Assembly: GCA_964106915.2 (NCBI GenBank)
Contig: OZ066925.1
DNA from: Podarcis gaigeae
Taxonomy: Eukaryota
Reading direction: 5' to 3' (one strand)
Length of the DNA: 64,000 bases
Shown: positions 46,801 through 60,509 of the stretch, piece by piece
Layout: each line of letters starts with the position of its first letter
Numbering within the stretch: position 1 is the first letter of the stretch
Program-made: the position numbers and the translations under genes
Notes under the pieces: generated by a model
Databases searched by the model: none
Told to the model about the DNA's origin: nothing
Seen by the model: only the letters and a program-made list of their open reading frames with translations

Positions 46801-49509
46801 ACTGTCTCTGCTTCAGTACGGCTTGTTCTTTGGTATGCTTGGTTATTTTATCTTTAACAATACTTTCCACCAGTTTTCTGGGGACAGCTAACTGGCCTGT
46901 AATTTCCAGGATCTACCCTGGATCTCTTTATTTAAAGAATTGGTGTTACATTGGCTATTTTTCAGTCCTCAGGCCCTTGAAGCTGATCTGGGGGACAAGT
47001 TACATATTTTTCTTAGAAGTTGAAACATTTCACATTTGAATTCTTTGCGAACTTTCAGGTGGATGCCACACACCCGAATATTTCTTCACATGATTTTTTC
47101 TTGGAACATCAATAATGGGATTGCTGCTTCCACCACAACTGAGGCAGCAGGCTATATTAGGGGGCCCAGGACAGGCTGTGTAACAACAGACAACTGGGCG
47201 TAGCATCTGCTGAACGATGCATCTGCCTAATTGTAGGACTAGCCCCGCACTTAACTCTATCTGGTGGGTACCTGTCTTTGCTAATCACAAGATTGCCTTG
47301 CAACTCCTCCCACTCCTGGAAGCAAGAGCCTGAGAATTGGGCACAGCTGTAGGGAACTATATTCTACTCTCCCCCTTTGTTGTGCCAATGGTACGTGGCA
47401 AAAGATGGCAACTAATCAAGTCCTTAGTGCCAGCTTCCTTATTGCCGTCTTCCATATAAGTCCAAAGGAAGTTCTTGCAACAACTCTAACCCTTTGCTTT
47501 GTGGTTTAAATAATAATAATGGGGGTTAGATCAGATCAATAGTATTCAAGATAGTTTGATATGCAGATGATATTTCTGTGACATTTACTCAACTGGAACA
47601 ATGTTTTCCTGAATTGATATCACTTAAGTTGGATATTGTGTTAGACTGAATTACAGCATAGTACATTAGAGCGGATCATTTTTTAATACCAAAAATGATA
47701 CTAGGAACCATTTATCTAATATAAGTGGAATTGTGTGGCGTTATATACTAGTTTGGGTATCTGGATCCAACAAGATTTAGAATCCCATTGAACATAACCA
47801 AATTGTACTGTATAGTTTGATATAGATTGACATAGCAGGTTGGTCAAATCTTGATTAGGTAGAGTAGCAGCAGTTAAGGTGAAAATACTGTCTAAAATGT
47901 TGTTTGTTCATTAATATGCTACTTTCCATTGAAGCTGTATTTAGTAGCCAATTACAGAAGCGAATTTTGAAATATGTCTGGATGAGTAAGCTTCCAAGAG
48001 TGGCTGTTATATTATAATGCAGTGAAATTAGCTTTGTATGAGTGGTGCTATCCTGATAAGAGGGCAGAACAAGAATATTAGTATGTGGGTTTGTCTTAAA
48101 CCAATTACAGTTTCAAAAAAGCTACAAAGAATTGAAGATCCTGACATGTGTTATATTACCTTTAATGATTTCGTACGAATATAAACATTATATTCCTCCA
48201 TTGGTGTCAGTATTTCATTATTAGCAAACATAGTTCTTCGTGAGCAATTTGGATGACCTCACAGTATGGAAACAAACATTGTCAAATTTGATTATTGCCA
48301 ACATAAAAGGAAAACTTTAAAAAGAAGACTTGCCAGTGGCAGTTGGGCTCTGCATAGGGTGAGTATTAGTTATTCAAATGTGACACTCTCCTCATGCTGA
48401 TTTCTTTCATACATTTTGTCCCTAAAGATTATCAGATAGGTATTTTAAAATTTCAATTTACAGAATATTGGTTTCCTTTGGATCCCAGAATTATTTTGTT
48501 AGGATATTTAAAAGTGGTAGTAGAAAGTAGATTTATAGTTAAAACCTGCAAATGTTTAAAATATATTTACTCCACAAATCTCAGACAGGCTCAGATTGGT
48601 TTGGAAAACAGCTATATTAGCAATATCAACATGTGTGGTTTTTTTTTTTACTAATGATCACTTCATATTTCAGATGCTGCTATAAGAGGGATATCTTTCT
48701 ATTAACGTCTAGAACAAGAACTTTCAAAGTAACATACAATGATAATTCACAGCACACACTTTATATTTGTAATAAATTTTTATTTTATTGTTCCCATATC
48801 ATGTTGATTTATTCAGTGTCTAAATATCCAAAAGTTGACTTTCCTTCTGCTCTTTTATGTTACATTTTATATTCTGTTTGAAATCTTTTAGTTCTGTATT
48901 TTTACGCCCTCCTTAAAAGGATACATTATTAAAAACAAGAAGCAAAAACTGGATGTGTCCCAGTCCTGCACGGAGCACCCATCAAATGAGAATTTAACCA
49001 TGTCCCAAATCCAGTAGCTGGAGGCCTTAAGATGAACCAAGCATTAGGTTTTTTTCCTCGTAATGCATACTTGTATAGTAATAACGGATCATAGGTACAC
49101 TATAAATGTGTGTATTATAAACATTCATGTTGAGTATTACCAGTCCAAAAGCTGATATTAGTTTCTGAGCATCCTATTTCAAGCAGACCTCCACTGTTCT
49201 TTAAAAAAAAATGCCCAGGTTGCTGGGCATTCTTAATTGTATAAACTCATGTTTAGAGGTTAAAATGTGCTATGCCTCATATAATAATGAAGACGTTCCT
49301 TTGATGTAGCCATTATCACCCCATTTTCCTAAAAATAATAAGATCTCAGTGCGAAGCAGTGCATTATTTCATCAAAAGATTAGAGCTTATTACTTCCCAC
49401 TAGCTTGTTTATCCCAGAATTTGTGGTCTCCCATTCTTTGCTGTGAATGAATATTCTATAGGCCTTCCAAATCTTTTAGATGAGCCACACCATTTTTGAT
49501 AATTGCTGG

Positions 49510-50072
49510 TTGGTCTTCAATATTCCATTCTTGGTCAAGCATGTGATGGCTTCTGAGCTCCAGGAGTTCCTGAATGAGACAGATTATATGGATCCATTTC
49601 AGTCTGGCTTCCGTTCCAGGCATAGGATGGAAACAGCTTTGGTTGCCTTGGTGGATGCTGGGAGCTACATAGGGTGTGTGTGTGTGTGTCCCTCTTGATT
49701 CTGCTGGACCTCTCAGCAGCTTTTGATACCATTCTCTATGGAATCCTTCTGGGCTGCCTTGAAAGCATGGGATTTGGAGGCACTGCTTTAAACTGTCTCT
49801 GGTCCTTCTTGGAGGGGCAAACCAAGAAGGTTGTACTGGGGGACTGCTATTTGATGTACAGTATCTGTCAGGGAACTGCCCTTTCCCCCATGCTATTTAA
49901 TTTACATGAGAGATGTCCAGAATTTAGTGTTTAGTACCACCAGTATGCAGATGACACTCAACTCTACTTTTCATATAAATCTAAGGAAGCTGTTTTGGTG
50001 CTAAATCGGTGTCTGTTGCCAGCAATGAACTGGATAAAGGTGAGCAAATAGAAGCTTAATCCAGAGAAGATG
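49510..50072 (+). mobile_element. Degenerate L2 reverse transcriptase fragment
   Basis: DPFQSGFR..H..ETALV, LILLDLSAAFDT, QG..LSPMLFN, YADDTQLY, KLNPEK motifs with frameshifts. Confidence 0.88.
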
Positions 50073-50079
50073 GCGCCTC

Positions 50080-50185
50080 TGTTTGGGGAATGACCAAAGA
50101 CGCTTCTGCAGATGATCTCAGTGATTAAACTGCAATATAAGGGTTCAGGCGATCACTGAGATATCCGGGCCCCAAGATCTGCAGC
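50080..50185 (-). mobile_element. L2 C-terminal fragment in opposite orientation
   Basis: Minus translation LGPGYLSDRLNPY...SLRSSAEASLVIP. Confidence 0.6.
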
Positions 50186-52827
50186 ATAGCTTGTGTATCC
50201 CTTATGGTTTAGGCAGTATGGACTTAGCATGTTTGGCGGACTTAAAATCAGGCAAGTGGCATTCCCTATCTCTGTGGTGTGTGGTCCTACCAGACAATCT
50301 GCATGTTAATTAAAGCAAAGCTTAGTCCTTACACTATACAGGAACTTCATGTAGTGTTTTGCTTTGTTTTTGTGTGTGTAGGTGTGTGTGGCTGACTTTG
50401 AATTTTGATACTAATCAGAATTCATGGTGAACTTCCACACATTAGCCCTTCGCCTATGTCTTTTCTGTCTACCCACTCTCCTTTCCGACTAGTTAATTCA
50501 AGCGTTGCTCTTGATGAAGAAAAACGACTTGTTTTCTTTTAAGGTTGACACAGTTGGGGTGAATGTCTGTTTCTTCCTTGAAACGAACTAGCTTGGAATC
50601 CAATGGCAAACACTGAATATTATTCTTAACAAATCTGGTAGGTGAACATTGTTCTGCTCTCTGTGTGTTTTTTTAAATAAAGAGTAGTAAATAGGGATCC
50701 ATGTATGAGGTATTTCATGCAATATTGAAATCAGGAACAAAGCCTTTGCTGATCTTAATAGACTAAGATTAGATTGCACCTTTAGGGTACAACTCCCCCC
50801 CTCTCCTTTTATATAGAATATAATTAAATGTGGCTCACTCTGCCTGGAAGCTGCCCAAAAGCTCTGAAGAGGAGCTTTAAAAATCTGGTAGATGCATCTG
50901 TTGAGTAATCTGCGTATATGAGTGTTGTGCAGATAGATGGTGCTAATGTGTATGAGATTAGAACTGTGTGCTGGAAGTACAATGGAGATCTGTCACCCAG
51001 TAGCTCAGTGTATTTTAAAATAAATTATTTATGGGTTTAAATGTTCCTCAGCAATCTTGTGCTTAAAAAGCTTTCCAGCTGTAGCTGCCTCTCTCTCTTT
51101 GATTAACAAGTGTTTTCTCCCCATAAGCAACCACATTAGTTTGGTGCTAGCAAGGACGGATTATAAAAGTACAGCTCTCTCTCCTTCTTTTGTTTCTGCA
51201 GTGTTTGTCAAGAGTGAAAGAGTGATGTAAGTAGGAGCTATACAAATTGCAGAAAGTTTGAAACAGGATATGCTGTTGGCATAAAACAGTGTAATGCTTT
51301 GTATTGCTTATTTCCTTTTTAGCTTGCTTTTTTTTTACTCGACTGTCAAAGCAATGATAGATAAGCATGCCTGTGAAAATATTAATAAATCCGAGACAAG
51401 GTGTGTTTTATATATACACACATGAGAAACTTGTGGAATACTAGTAAGCCTAAATGGACTTGCTTTGCATTGTGCTTAGTCAAAACTTGACAATGTGCAA
51501 AGGTTTGAGATGCTAGATTGGCGATCCCACGACATGGGTCAGGAATGAAGGAATCGGTGCATAGTCTGAAGATCAGAGGTTTAAGCAGGACTCCCTTCTA
51601 TCACCTTCAGCAGATGCAATGGTTGTGGTTCCTATAGAAGGGTAACCTGGCCACATACATGTCTGCACTATTCTGATGAGATGTTTGGAGGTGCCGCCTT
51701 TAGGCTGCCCCCCAAAATAGTTCAGAATCTGATACTCTGGCTTTCTCTTAACTTCTGAGCAAAACTTTAAATTTTTGGGGTCAGCTCACTTTGGGAAATG
51801 CTGTGTTTCTGGGCATTTCAATAGTCCCTTTCTTCAGATGTTCACCTAGTCCAGTGTAAGATTTGTTGGTCAAAGGGACGGGGCTGCCTTGGTGTTGGCA
51901 CCCTTGTTATGCAATTTCTTCTTTCCCAAGTGGGTTCATTGCAGTATTGGGAGCTCTGCAAAGTTGGCTCTATTCCAGTGAGTTTTGGCTGCCTAAGTTC
52001 TTCAGAATTTAACAAGATTTTCTTTCATTGGACATGTTTGCTTCTGTTACGGATTGTTAACTGTTGTGATGTGCTGTTCTGATTTTACTACCTAGTGTAT
52101 TATTGATCTTGCATTGCATGTTCTTCCAAGGGCTTGTCTAAGCTGTGCTGGCAGATTGCAGAAATAAAACTTAAATAGTGTGAGCCTACACACTGGATAC
52201 CGTGTGATCTAACCAGACATGTTGACAGCTATAAAATGCTAGGTTAGGTTTTTATTTACAAAATTGAAACTTCTTGCAGAGAGAGAAATCTCCCCATTCT
52301 CAAGCAATCAATTACCTGGAGTTTTGTGTCTTGTAAAAAAAAAACCCAAACAGCAGTGGCACAAGTGAGTCCAGGAGGGAGGGAATAAAAAGTTGTCTAA
52401 ACCTTTTCCATTGGGTTGTGTTGCAGCTCAGATCGCCCTTCCCAGACTGGCTCCCCCTGCTCCAACTAAGTGTGAGCACGTGAACTGCAAAAGAGGCAGA
52501 GGGGGGAGGCTTAAGTTGCGTTTTGCCACCCTTATTTGCAGCATGCCCAGGCTGATTCTGCCAGTGGGGGGCAGAGGAATACATGGAACTCTAATGTGCA
52601 GCTTCAGCCTATATCTAATCATACCTAGGTGTTTTCCAAGTTAGTTGCTTTATTTTATATTAAAACATTATGCTGTGCGTTATAGTGCCTTAATGCCCAA
52701 CAGAGCATTCATTTTGGGGTTGGATTTTCCACCAACACCATCAAATCAGTTAAACTGAATTGTTCAGATATCATTCCCTGGTCCCATTTGTTTTGGTACT
52801 GACTGAAGTATCTCTTGAATCCAAATA

Positions 52828-53181
52828 GGTAAAGGTAAAGGGGCCCCTGAGCATTAGGTCCAGTTGTGGCCGACTCTGGGGTTGTGGTGCTCATCTTGCT
52901 TTATTGGCTGAGGGAGCCGGCGTACAGCTTCCGGGTCATGTGGCCAGCATGACTAAGCTGCTTCTGGCGAACCAGAGCAGCACACGGAAATGCCGTTTAC
53001 CTTCCCACTGGAGTGGTACCTATTTATCTACTTGCACTTTGACGTGCTTCCGAACTGCTAGGTTGGCAGGAGCGGGGACCGAGCAACGGGAGCGCACCCC
53101 GTTGCGGGGATTCGAACCGTCAACCTTCTGATTGGCAAGTCCTAGGCTCTGTGGTTTAACCCACAGCGCCACCCGCGTCCC
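52828..53181 (-). mobile_element. Sauria SINE
   Basis: Full length; TSD ttgaatcca(a/g)atagg (52815-52829 / 53182-53196). Confidence 0.95.
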
Positions 53182-53350
53182 TTGAATCCAGATAGGAGAG
53201 AGTAAAATGTTTCTCCTCCAAAGCACACACCCTTGTGGAACTGCAGCGACTGGGCACACTTTCCCCGAGACTTACTAAAGTGACTGATCCTTCAGTCTTC
53301 CCCTTTTAAAGCATTCTGATAGTTCCCATACTTATCCTTATAGTGCTAAT

Positions 53351-53716
53351 GGGAGTGGCTGGTGCTGTGGTCTAAACCACTGAGCCTCTTGGGTTTGCTG
53401 ATCAGAAGGTCGGCAGTTCGAATCCACGCTACGGGATGAGCTTCCATTGCTCTATGCCAGCTTCTGCCAACCTAGCAGTTTGAAAGCATGCCAGTGCAAG
53501 TAGATAAATAGGTACTGCTGCGGTGAGAAGCTAAATGGCGTTTCTTTGTGCTCTGGTTTCTGTCACAGTGTTCCATTGCGCCAGAAGTGATTTAGTGATT
53601 CTGGCCACATGAACCGGAAAGTTGTCTGTGGACAAATGCTGGCTGCCTCAGCCTGAAGTGATGTGAGCGTCGCTATTCCATAGTCTTAACTGTCCAGGAG
53701 TCCATTACCTACATTT
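53351..53716 (+). mobile_element. Older, diverged Sauria SINE
   Basis: ggtgctgtggtctaaacc...gttcgaatcc...gcaagtagataaataggtac with many substitutions. Confidence 0.88.
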
Positions 53717-55040
53717 TAGTTTATAGTTCTATACTTTAAGGTCCCTTCCAGATGACCTGTTTGTTGAATGAGCATTTATTCTGCTTTGTTTGTGTAGAGG
53801 CTAGGCGACTTAATTATTTCTTTAGTTAACAAAATTTATATGCCACTTGGTTGTAACAAAACCAAAGTGGCTTACAGGAAATATTAAAAAGATATATAAA
53901 TAACAGTTAAAAACAAGCAGTGACGATGCTGATTGCTTGTTGAGCATTTATTCCAGTTTGCTTGAGGGGAGGTTATACAATGTTGCATTGTTGTACTACA
54001 GTTTGATCTGTCACTTTCCTTATGGCAAAAAGTTCAGGGTTTCTTTAGGAGCGGGGAGCACTATACTGTATGCTGACATATATATTTTTAGTGGCATCCA
54101 TATCGTATAGGTTGTAGTCGCAGCAGGGCTTAGGTCAACAACAGATGTGCATTTACTACATGGAAAGAAAAGTGACTCGGTGTGAAATGTGCCATTGCTC
54201 CCTATGGTGGTCCACATGAGATGCTTAGTTTTTCTTACATTGAGACTATTTCTATAAAGTGCTTCTTATTCTATGCAAATATAAATCAACATGTCTAGAG
54301 AGAGAAGTTCCTATAATGCAGAAGAACATGTGCCACTTTATTAATATGCTTGAGTGCAGTACAGCTGTGTGGCAACATGTGGCAAGGGACTTGCATAGCT
54401 TTTGTGATATAATGTCATTTGGCAGCAGAACTCTAAAGGGAAGAACTTTTCTTGACAGCAAATCCAGGCATTACAGAAATAATCAAACATGCAGGTAGGA
54501 AAAAAATGACATTTGCATATTTCTGACAAGTAACACATGTGAAATGTGTAATTTAGTATTAAGTTACTGGAACATTTTATGTGTATTAATATAAGCATTG
54601 TTTTACCTTTGAACTTTTACTTTCTCTTAGTTGCCAGCTAGCTAGTATTTGTTGGCAAGGTGGGTGGCTGAAAGCAAACATCACTTTCCTTGCATGTTAA
54701 GTCCCTCACTTTACAGTCGTAGTAAAGCTGTTGAATAAGATTCAGTCATCTACTTGAAGTGGATAATGCCACACATTGAAAACCTGTAGTTACCACAGCA
54801 GGGTTCACCTTTTGGACCAGGGGGCACCAGTTGAAAAATGGCTGCCATGGGGGGTGGGTGGGAGCATGGCAGAACACAGTGCAGTGCAGTTATTGCTGTT
54901 CCCTGACCCATACAGTCTTGAACCTTTCATAGGAAATCAGCTATGTCTATTTCTGGTGGTGGAGCAATTGTTATTTCTCCCATTCGCACACAGTGGTACT
55001 GCTGCTCTGTAATAACAGGGAGCATTTCTTGTACTAGGAA

Positions 55041-55090
<50 letters not shown>
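55041..55090. repeat. (TAT)n microsatellite (others at ~15255-15282 and 44038-44073)
   Basis: Directly visible. Confidence 0.97.
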
Positions 55091-55092
<2 letters not shown>

Positions 55093-55159
55093 TTAAGAAT
55101 ACCACACCACAGACTCTCTCTTTCACACATTCACACACTTATTGTGCACATTCAGATTA

Positions 55160-55401
55160 CAGTGGTACCTTGGGTTAAGTACTTCATTCGTTCCGGAGGT
55201 CCGTTCTTAACCTGAAACTGTTCTTAACCTGAAGCACCACTTTAGCTAATGGGGCCTCCTGCTGCCGCCGCACCACCGGAGCACGATTTCTGTTCTCATT
55301 CTGAAGCAAAATTCTTAACCCGAGGTACTATTTCTGGGTTAGTGGAGTCTGTAACCTGAAGTGTATGTAACCTGAAGCGTATGTATCCCGAGGTACCACT
55401 G
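55160..55401. mobile_element. Tc1/mariner (Tigger-like) MITE
   Basis: TA TSDs; TIRs CAGTGGTACCT / AGGTACCACTG. Confidence 0.92.
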
Positions 55402-56169
55402 TACAGGTACACATGCATCTCTCAATCATTCATGTGCACACTTCACATTTACCCCTCTCTTTTACACACAAATCCACAGACCGCATATTCACACACACCC
55501 TCTCTCACTCAGACACCTACATCCACCCACCATGTACAGCTCTCCCTCTCTTCCCATGGCTTGTTTGCTTTAGATGTAGAAAATCGAACATGAGAAAGAA
55601 AATCCAAGCCCCCTCCCCCCCTACAACTGTGGTCATCCTGAGAACATCTTATTGTTTATCCCAACAGTGTCTGAATGCTCAGCAGGCAGAAGCCATGTCC
55701 CTTTATTGCAACATATGTAATAAAGTTTGACCAAATGGCCTAAAAGTTGTCTACAGTGTGTTCATTCCTTTTCCGGAGCGAAGTTTGTGGGTTAGTTCCC
55801 CCCCCCCCCATTAAAGCCAGATTCTATATCTGGGCAGTCCATTCCACCATGAGATTTGTAACTCTGGTTTCTCCAGTGTTTAGCTGTTGTCAGCCTAGCT
55901 GTTACCATTAGATAAATGATGAGGTCCTTAGAGAGAGCAAAGTTTCAGTTTCCGAGTTGAAAATAGAAATGAGAGCAAGCTTAGGGTAGGGCAGAAGTTG
56001 CTGCTTGGTAATTTGTTCAAATTCTTGAAGTTAAACCTGAGGGCAAAAACACTGAACAAAAAATTGAGAAACTTAAGGGGGGGGGGATGAAATCTGAGGG
56101 TTATACTGTAGTTCATCCTGGGAGACCAAATAAAGCCATAGCATCTGTGGGTGTCAGAATGGCAAACCC

Positions 56170-56171
<2 letters not shown>

Positions 56172-56250
<79 letters not shown>

Positions 56251-56368
56251 TTATTATTTGTACCCCGCCCATCTGGCTGGATTTCCCCAGCCACTCTGGG
56301 TGGCTTCCACAAAGACAAAAAATATACTAATATTGTCATACATTAAAAACTTCCCTGAACAGGGCTGC
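56172..56368 (-). mobile_element. L2 3' tail with (AAT)n(AAC)n microsatellite
   Basis: taccccgcccatctggctgg...cattaaaaacttccctgaacagggctgc matches the 26365 copy. Confidence 0.9.
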
Positions 56369-59303
56369 AATTACTGGTTTAATCATTACAATTTAATTTT
56401 ACTTACAATTCTTTCTTAATATCTTGTTTCTTTTTTGAACTCAATGAAAGATCAACCACAGAATCAGGAGAAAGCCAGTTGTGCTGCAGGGGCTCCAGGG
56501 ATCTTTCCCCCAAATGACCTTACAAATCTCCAGTGGCCTCCAGTCCTGGCCAAGGTTATTCACATGCATGGGGACTTTTGTGGCACAGTCCTCTCATGAC
56601 GACTGCACCAGAATGCCTGAAGGCCTTGGTTTTTTTCCTTTGCATTTTCTTATGGACTAGACCGCTCATTGCTTTGAGCTCAGGAAATATGGGCTGTAAG
56701 AATTTTAATTAGAAACATACACACATGTAGCTAGGTTTGTGAGGACTGTGCCGCATAAGGGGCTCAGTGACTGAGCTGGCTGCAGTATATGTAGTGTGAA
56801 AAGGTACCTCATTTGTACACCTGTCTCGTAGTGGAGGACGTTCTTTGTTCAGTATCAAAAGAGAGAATCTCTGTCTTTGTCACTTGCCCTTACAAATGAC
56901 TCTTTGGCAAGCATGCTGCACTAATTCTCATATTGTTGAACTGTGTATGTTATTCCCCCCCCTCTGTATTTTGTGGGTTGTGTGCTTATTGAGACCTTAT
57001 GCCTGCCAGTATTTTCCTAAATGAGATTATGTGATTTATATGTTGATGGGCATTTTTAACAGGCTGTGATTGTGTAATAAGACTCATCGTCATCGGGGGT
57101 CTAATGAAAATGAGTTAATCTCTTGTTTGCCCTCTCGTATTCAGACAATCAGACACTTGCTGCTTTTACGGTGTATTTCAATGGTGCTGATTGCGCCATA
57201 ATAAGTGCCCCATCTCTGTCTTAAGCACAATGTGAAATTAGGGCATTTTAAGTAGTCTTGACTCTTCCCCACCTCCCATTTGCATGACATTTGGCACTAT
57301 AAAAGACAGGGTAGTAGTGTTCCATGTGTTCAGTAAAATATGGGAAAATAGGTGCTAAATTGTGGCAGTTGGACTGATACAATCTCTGTCATTGATGAAC
57401 AAAGTCACCCATGGTGTCTGGCTTCCTTTGTGGCTTATTGGAAGCTGAGGACTGTTCAGAGCTGACATAAATAATTATTCCTCTCTGGGCTTCTCCATGC
57501 AAAGGTTTTGGAAGCATCAGCTAGTATAGCTGCAGGAGTTCATAATTACGGGAGTGAAAACAGTTGGTTATTGTGAGTGTGTTGTGCCAGTTTCCAGTGG
57601 TGTTCTCCAACTACCAATTTTCTTCTCTGCATGTGTGTGTTTAGCAATGTTAGCTTTAGTGTGTCAAAGCAGAGCTGGACCAAAGCAGGCAATATCATTT
57701 AGATAAGTATAAAATGCAAGATGTTGAAAACCAGCCCTTGAGGGAATGTTTTGCTCAAGAACCAATATTATCTTATCTAGCTTGTTTCAAACCTTGCTTG
57801 TGCAGCAAGGACATAGATGTACCCATTTGCAACTTTTTTTTTTTTTTTGGTTTGCTGTCTTCCCAATTAAGTGGGCTGCTAGTTACAGCAAGGATGTACC
57901 ATGCCCCTAATGGTAAACCAATAATCTGGGTTTGATCCTGAAAATGCTAATGGGTTGACAGGTTTACACGAAAGATAATCTTGAGATATTGCTCGCCTTC
58001 CTATCCAGTCTTTGATCCTCCATTGGTGATTAGGAATGGATTGTTTGCCTTAGAACTCTTTATTTACTGCTACAACTCAAAAAAGCTTTCAAAATATTTT
58101 GTGCGTAAACTTTTTGCAGGGCTGATGTTGGCAGAGTGTCTCAGGGTAATGCTCTGGGTGTTTAGTAGGCAGAATTATGTGCCAGCTGTGTAATGGAGAG
58201 CAGCTGCTGTGCGAGGGCAAAGACATCTGCAAAAATTGCAAGCTGGCAAGAAATGTAAGGAATCTCTTGCTTTTGAACTTGTTAGGAGCTGCACCTCTGA
58301 ACTTGGGTTATTGTCTCATTAGGCAATAATATAGCTACATCAACAGTTGCTGATGAGTACAGCCGTTGCATTTCATAGTATGCATGTTGGTGTGTTAAGT
58401 GAATTTGGTAAACCAGAAAAAAAATCATACTACTGATTTCAGCATTTTCAATACTGCTTGTGTGCTGGATATATGGCAGAGAGGAATGTTTTCAATTTTG
58501 AGAACTCCCCTCAGACAGAATATATTAAGTAGGTCATATAAAATGCTTTGTTGCTAATTTTGTTTACATTTTGTGATCCTTCCGGATGAGAATTTAATGT
58601 ATTGTTGTTCAGCGTTTGGTCAATTATTGCTAGAAAATCAGTTAAACCAAACTTCCTGTTTCCATTTGTTACATAATTAAAATTGAAATGTGCACATATA
58701 TGAAAATAAGGAGGCTTCTAAAGAGAGCACTTGTGACCTTGGCCTGCTTGACTTGACTACTTCCATTTTGCAGCTGTCCAAACTCCATTTTGGGAGCCCA
58801 GGATAACAAATGTCAGTCTGGGTGGGAATGTGTTGTTTACTTCTGAGTAGTCTCATATGCAGTTCCATTGAGGGGGCCTGTCACAGCTCTTTCTTTGGCC
58901 AGGATATTTTGGAAAGTTACATATTCTGAGTGGAGTACATTTCTTTTCTGGGGTTCTCAATTTAAATATTAGCAAGTTGATCGCAATGCATGGTATTTCT
59001 AATCTGACCAGTTCTAATTGCTTCCATGCCTTAAACCAGATGTGGAAGTTTCCTTTCTTCATAAACACAGCCACGTAGAATGGTATTTTCCTTCCCCCTG
59101 GTGGAAGATCAGTGGTTTGGTAGGGAAACAGTTGCTGCTTTTCAACACTGTCATGCACTAGGTGTGTAAACAGGTCAATGGGAACAGAACTGCAGTACAT
59201 CCATTTTACAAATTCATTATATGTTAATGTTTTAAAGATAATGAAATGTTAAATATTACATTGTTAATGGGTCTACATCCTATCAGTGTTTAGCGATCTA
59301 GGT

Positions 59304-59439
59304 CAGGCATAGGCAAACTCGGCCCTCCAGATGTTTTGGCACTACAGCTTCCATCATCCCTAGCTAACAGGACCAGTGGTCAGGGATGATGGGAATTGTA
59401 GTCCCAAAACATCTGGAGGGCTGAGGTTGCCTGTGCCTG
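59304..59439. mobile_element. 136-bp hAT MITE with 8-bp TSD
   Basis: TSD ATCTAGGT (59296-59303 / 59440-59447), resembling the hAT-Charlie NTCTAGAN target; TIRs caggcataggcaa / ttgcctgtgcctg. Confidence 0.93.
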
Positions 59440-59696
59440 ATCTAGGTATTTATCAACATTAAATATTACCAGATACAAGAGAGCATTTTCAACAGCTATG
59501 TTCAGTGCTTTGCCATCAGCAGTTATAGAAGGTCAATTTACTTGGCATTGTTGGACCTTTAGAGTTGTCTTTGTGAAAGTGGCTCAGTTGAAAAGCTAGC
59601 CAACGTTCCACTATGCCGTAATTTTTATAGGAGTGTAAGATTCCATTTTATTAGCCCCGTACTTTTTTTTTTTTTACACTTGGTTAACTCCAATGA

Positions 59697-60045
59697 GGGA
59701 CACAGGTGGCGCTGTGGGTTAAACCACAGAGCCTAGGACTTGCTGATCAGAAGGTCAGCGGTTCGAATCCCCGCGATGGGGTGAGCTCCCATTGCTCGGT
59801 CCCTGCTCCTGCCAACCTAGCAGTTCAAAAGCACGTCAAAGTACAAGTAGATAAATAGGTACCACTCTGGTGGGAAGGTAAACAGCGTTTCCGTGCACTG
59901 CTCTGATTCGCCAGAAGTGGCTTAGTCATGCTGGCCACATGACCCGGAAGCTGTACGCCGGCTCCCTCGGCCAATAAAGTGAGATGAGCGCCGCAACCCC
60001 AGAGTCGGTCATGACTGGACTTAATGGTCAGGGGTCCCTTTACCT
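59697..60045 (+). mobile_element. Sauria SINE
   Basis: Full length; perfect 13-bp TSD ttaactccaatga (59684-59696 / 60046-60058). Confidence 0.95.
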
Positions 60046-60509
60046 TTAACTCCAATGAAAACCATGTCTAAATTTTAATAGTAGTTTTCAATGTAGCAAA
60101 GTTCCTCGCTACAGCCATCAAAACTAGGTCACAATTATCAAATGGAAGAACTGAGTCAAAATTTAACTTTCATTTTAAAAAGCACAGTTTGCATACATGC
60201 ATATTGTCTTTTCCCTTTCTGTCCCTCTAACACCACAGTATTTGAAGTGTATGGCCTGTATACCACATAAACGGAAACCGATCAATAAGTAGATGCACGT
60301 GGTTCGTGGCTAGCAAGCATCAGCACTAAATGATTGTTACTGTCCTAGATCAGGTATGGGGAACTCCTGGCTTTCTAGGAGATGATGGGCTGGGGATGAT
60401 GGGAGTTGTAGTTCAGCAACACTTGGTGGGACAAAGTCGCCCCCTCCCCACCAGCACAAGCCTATTCTGTTACCTGTATGTTTGCTCTTACTATTAAATT
60501 TAAAGTTTC

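Larger units (their letters stand above)
45495..47065 (-). mobile_element. CR1 LINE RT fragment interrupted by a solo LTR and an L2 copy
   Basis: Pieces ~45495-45728, 46083-46112 and ~46801-47065 give ...IANVTPI....DPGNYRPVS..., ESVDKH..GDLVDIMYLEFHKAFNKIPHQRLLRK. Confidence 0.85.

Noticed and set aside
54927-56419. Poly-I/N/T/C ORFs
   Set aside because: Translations of (AAT)n and (AAC)n microsatellites.
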